Assembly (NCBI RefSeq): GCF_001194135.2
Contig: NC_068997.1
Coordinates: 16,885,672-16,923,972, forward strand
DNA: 38,301 nt
Origin: Octopus bimaculoides
Lineage: Eukaryota
Direction: 5' to 3'
A model generated the notes under the pieces. It was not told the origin of the DNA, did not search any database, and worked only from the letters and a program-made list of their open reading frames with translations. Position numbers and translations under genes: made by a program. Positions 34,325-38,301 of this stretch are shown piece after piece (position 1 is the stretch's first letter; the number at the start of each line of letters is the position of its first letter).

Positions 34325-35035
34325 AGCTAGGTGAAAGAACGACTGATCGGCAGCACAATGTAACGAAAGCAAACCCGCTTTTGCTTGATGCTATGTCATA
34401 AAGTGGGCGAAAGAAAGAGAGCTACTACTTTTTATATATATTATATATAGTTTTCCCAAATTTAAAATGTGCTCATTGTGTACCCAAAAGATCAGATGGA
34501 TATTGTCTTTATTACTATTTACATTCCATATCTTCTTTCATTATATTTATCTCCATGTATTTCACCTTTCTACTGTCCCCTGATGTCTTGGACCTTTTGT
34601 GACTCACAAAAGAAATTGTTGTTTATTGTGTTTTCTTCCTTCCCCAACCCTTCCCTATTTTTACCTCTCTCTCTACCTCTCTACATTCAATGACATAAAT
34701 TCATTTACATATATATATATGTGTGCGTGTATTTGTGTGTGTGTGTGTGTGTGTGTGTGTAAGTGTAGAGAAGCCCATACACACTCATAATGCTCACACA
34801 GAATTTGAAAGCATATGGAAGGAGCTTTCTATAGAGTTAGCTCTGAGCATCTGATTACGTGTATGCGTGACTAATTATGGGTGCGAGTGAGAGACAATGA
34901 TTATCATTCTTGTGCGGCAAATATATCTGAATGAAGGAGGTTTTATCTACACAGATATACATATCCACATATATATATGCATATGTGTGTGTGTGTCTGT
35001 CTGTATCTCTGTGAATGCATCTATATATATGCAAA

Positions 35036-35089
<54 letters not shown>

Positions 35090-35523
35090 GTATGTATATA
35101 TATGCGTGTGTCTGTGTATGTGTACATATATGTATGTCTATCTATCTATTTATATATGTGTGTGTGTGTATATGTGTATGTGTCTGTGTGTGTCTGTGTG
35201 TGTCTGTGTGCTTGTATACGTCTACAAACGTGCGTACACATGCATGCACACACGCATACACACCTACTCACACTCACACACACATATACATACGCACATA
35301 CATATACAACAAATAAAATGTCGTCAAATCATGGTTTTTAGCGCATTTGAATTATGCTCAAACTCTTGCGTTGTCTTGGAGGATTTTCTTTTGTGCCATC
35401 CGTGCCGGAGTGAATATTAGTCTGGCTAATCCCAGTCATGATGTGTGCCATCTGGAAGAAAATGGATTCACGCTCTTCCATAATGGCTTCTTTCTTTTTA
35501 CTGCTTTTTAAATTCTTTATACA

Positions 35524-35554
<31 letters not shown>

Positions 35555-36579
35555 CATGCACATATACAAACACATAAGCATATAAAAGAGTTTCTTTTCC
35601 TGTCGGTATGTATGTATATATATGCATATATATGCATANNNNNNNNNNNNNNNNNNNNNNNNNNNNNNNNNNNNNNNNNNNNNNNNNNNNNNNNNNNNNN
35701 NNNNNNNNNNNNNNNNNNNNNNNNNNNNNNNNNNNNNNNNNNNNNNNNNNNNNNNNNNNNNNNNNNNNNNNNNNNNNNNNNNNNNNNNNNNNNNNNNNNN
35801 NNNNNNNNNNNNNNNNNNNNNNNNNNNNNNNNNNNNNNNNNNNNNNNNNNNNNNNNNNNNNNNNNNNNNNNNNNNNNNNNNNNNNNNNNNNNNNNNNNNN
35901 NNNNNNNNNNNNNNNNNNNNNNNNNNNNNNNNNNNNNNNNNNNNNNNNNNNNNNNNNNNNNNNNNNNNNNNNNNNNNNNNNNNNNNNNNNNNNNNNNNNN
36001 NNNNNNNNNNNNNNNNNNNNNNNNNNNNNNNNNNNNNNNNNNNNNNNNNNNNNNNNNNNNNNNNNNNNNNNNNNNNNNNNNNNNNNNNNNNNNNNNNNNN
36101 NNNNNNNNNNNNNNNNNNNNNNNNNNNNNNNNNNNNNNNNNNNNNNNNNNNNNNNNNNNNNNNNNNNNNNNNNNNNNNNNNNNNNNNNNNNNNNNNNNNN
36201 NNNNNNNNNNNNNNNNNNNNNNNNNNNNNNNNNNNNNNNNNNNNNNNNNNNNATATATATATATATATAAGTGTGTGAGTGTAGGTGTAGGTGTGGGTGG
36301 GTCTCTTGCTGGTTAGATTAATTTATGCTATTCCATCCCCACCAATATTCCCCCCTCTCCCTTTCCCGTAATTTTGCATATTCTCTAAAGCCTGATTATG
36401 AAACATAAAGAAGTGCGAGAAGAAAACATAATGAAGAATATAGAAAACATGGATGACGGGGTGGCGGAGGATGCAGAATGAAATGTTAAAGATGGTGCTG
36501 TGTACGCATTCATACACACACGTACAAATACGCGCACAGACACTTGTGTCTTTTATATACCAAAGAAAACGAAGTGACA

Positions 36580-37120
36580 GAAAGCAGACATAAACATAGA
36601 AAGTGTATGAGAGAGAGAAAAGAAACAAAAAAAACAAACAAACAAAGCAGAAGAGGAAAAAGTGAATGAGAGCGTGTAATGACCGGAAGGAGAGAAGAAG
36701 GTGATATTTGGGAAGCTTAAAGAACGTTAGGGGGAAATGCAATAAGTGTTTGAAGATAGAGAGAGGGGTAAGGAGATAGGGAGAAATAGGATAGGGAGAG
36801 GTAGGACAATGGGAAGAAGGAGGAGGAGATGGATGCAAAGGAGGAGGTAGGAGATAGGTAAATAGATTGATAGATAGATAGGTAGAGATAGTTTGAAAGA
36901 GAGATGGAGATAGAGATAAATAGATGTAGAGAAAGAGGAATGAAGAGGAAGGTGGGGGTGAATGCAATGAACTAATGAGGATAGTGGGAGAAGATTTTTG
37001 AGAGGTTTAAAGAAAGGGGAATTTGAACGAGGAGAATGAAGGCGAACGAGAGAGTGGGAAAGGTAGGAGCTAGAGATAGAAGGAAAGAATTGTAACACTG
37101 AAAGTGAAAGTAAAAGAAAG
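36580..37120. repeat. Purine-rich (GA) low-complexity tract
   Basis: Direct: strong A/G strand skew. Confidence 0.85.
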
Positions 37121-37451
37121 TGTGGCTGTGTGGTAAGAAGCTTGCCTGTCAACCACACGGTTCTGGTTTCAGTTCAAGGCCGAGGCAACTTTGGTAAGTC
37201 TCTTCTATCGTAGCCTCGAACCAATCAAAATTTTGTGAGTGGAGGTGGTAGACGTAACCTGAAAGAAACCCGGTGTTGGTGTGTATACGTCCCTGTAAAG
37301 TAGCGGTTCGGGCAAATAACCGACAAAATGAGTACCAGGCCTAGAAAAATATGTTCTGGAATCGATTCATTCGACAAAAATTCTTCAATGTGAAGCCCGG
37401 GCATAGCTGCGGTCAAATAACCGAGACAAATAGAAAATAAAAGATTAAAGA
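37121..37451 (+). mobile_element. SINE family A, old copy lacking the internal microsatellite
   Basis: Head and core join directly to the tail at gaaagaaacccg|gtgttggtgtg. Confidence 0.82.
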
Positions 37452-37906
37452 TATAAAAAGGAGCAGAAAGAGAATGAAAATCAAGAATGAAAACGAGGAA
37501 TATCATTGAATGAATTCAAGGGATACGAGGATTGTGGGAAAGAATGAATGAAATAGTGTCAATAATTGATATAAACAGACTCAAATGAATAAGTAAAGAA
37601 ACAGAAGAGAAAGAAGAAATTTAAAAGTTCCAATAAAGAAATCGGTAGTAGGAAGGAAAGAACGAAATATGAAATTTAGCAATGTTAGAAAGAGGAAGGA
37701 AAATAGAATGAAAAATGCTAAAGAAGAAATATGTAGCAGAAAAGAAAATGTGAATTGATAATCTCAGAGATGTATAAAGTGAGTGAAGTTTCGAGATAGA
37801 GGAATAAAGAAGAAAATAAGACGAGGAAAGAGAGTGAAGGAGCCAGATATAGAAAGACAAAGAGAGCATAACACTGAAAGGTGCCCACATATACTAAGAC
37901 ACACAA

Positions 37907-37978
<72 letters not shown>

Positions 37979-38010
37979 ACACACACATACATATAATTTA
38001 ACATACATAT

Positions 38011-38225
38011 ATATTCTTTTATTTGTTTCAGTCATTTGACCGCGGTCATGCTGGAGCACAGCCTTTAGTCGAGCAAATCGACCCCAGGACTTATTCTTTG
38101 TAAGCCTAGTACTTATTCTATCGGTCTGCTTTGCCGAACCGCTAATTTACGGGGACATAAGCACACCAGCATTGGTTGTCAAGCAATGCTAGGGGGGACA
38201 AACACAGACACACAAACACACACAG
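38011..38225 (-). mobile_element. SINE family A 3' half
   Basis: Reverse complement of the A tail (tttcagtcatttgaccgcggtcatgctggagcac...ggttgtcaagc). Confidence 0.93.
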
Positions 38226-38301
38226 ACAGACACATATATATACATATATATATATATATCTATATATATATACACACACATCCATATATATATGTATATA
38301 T

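Noticed and set aside
35320-35510. Open frames of 47-64 codons on both strands
   Set aside because: No convincing splice sites or homology; within chance expectation.
425-36316. Long six-frame ORFs (150-350 aa) containing X-runs and YI/CV/HT repeats
   Set aside because: They stay open only because N-runs and microsatellites lack stops; they have no protein-like content.
1-38301. CRISPR array, rRNA or prokaryotic operon
   Set aside because: No regularly spaced direct repeats with unique spacers, no rRNA-like sequence and no dense coding; the sequence is eukaryotic repeat-rich DNA.

Overview
AT-rich, microsatellite-saturated eukaryotic DNA from a draft assembly with many N-gaps, most of them flanked by (TA)n. 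The SINE families look like those of octopus or other coleoid cephalopods (from recall, not verified). No protein-coding gene can be supported: the long six-frame ORFs are artefacts of N-runs and microsatellites. The window holds about 25 copies or fragments of at least four tRNA-headed SINE families (my labels A-D). It also holds degenerate non-LTR retrotransposon remnants (RTE-like, R4/RLE-like, possibly Penelope-like), a ~540 bp element embedded in (AAT)n, and a locally triplicated ~290 bp unit. The strongest finding is a tRNA-promoter SINE carrying a Penelope-type minimal hammerhead ribozyme motif. It is split by a 292 bp micro-inversion, and reversing the inversion rebuilds the whole ribozyme fold. 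A second, weaker hammerhead-like core sits in the triplicated unit. Fold-back palindromes recur at SINE ends, and there is modular head/tail exchange among SINEs.
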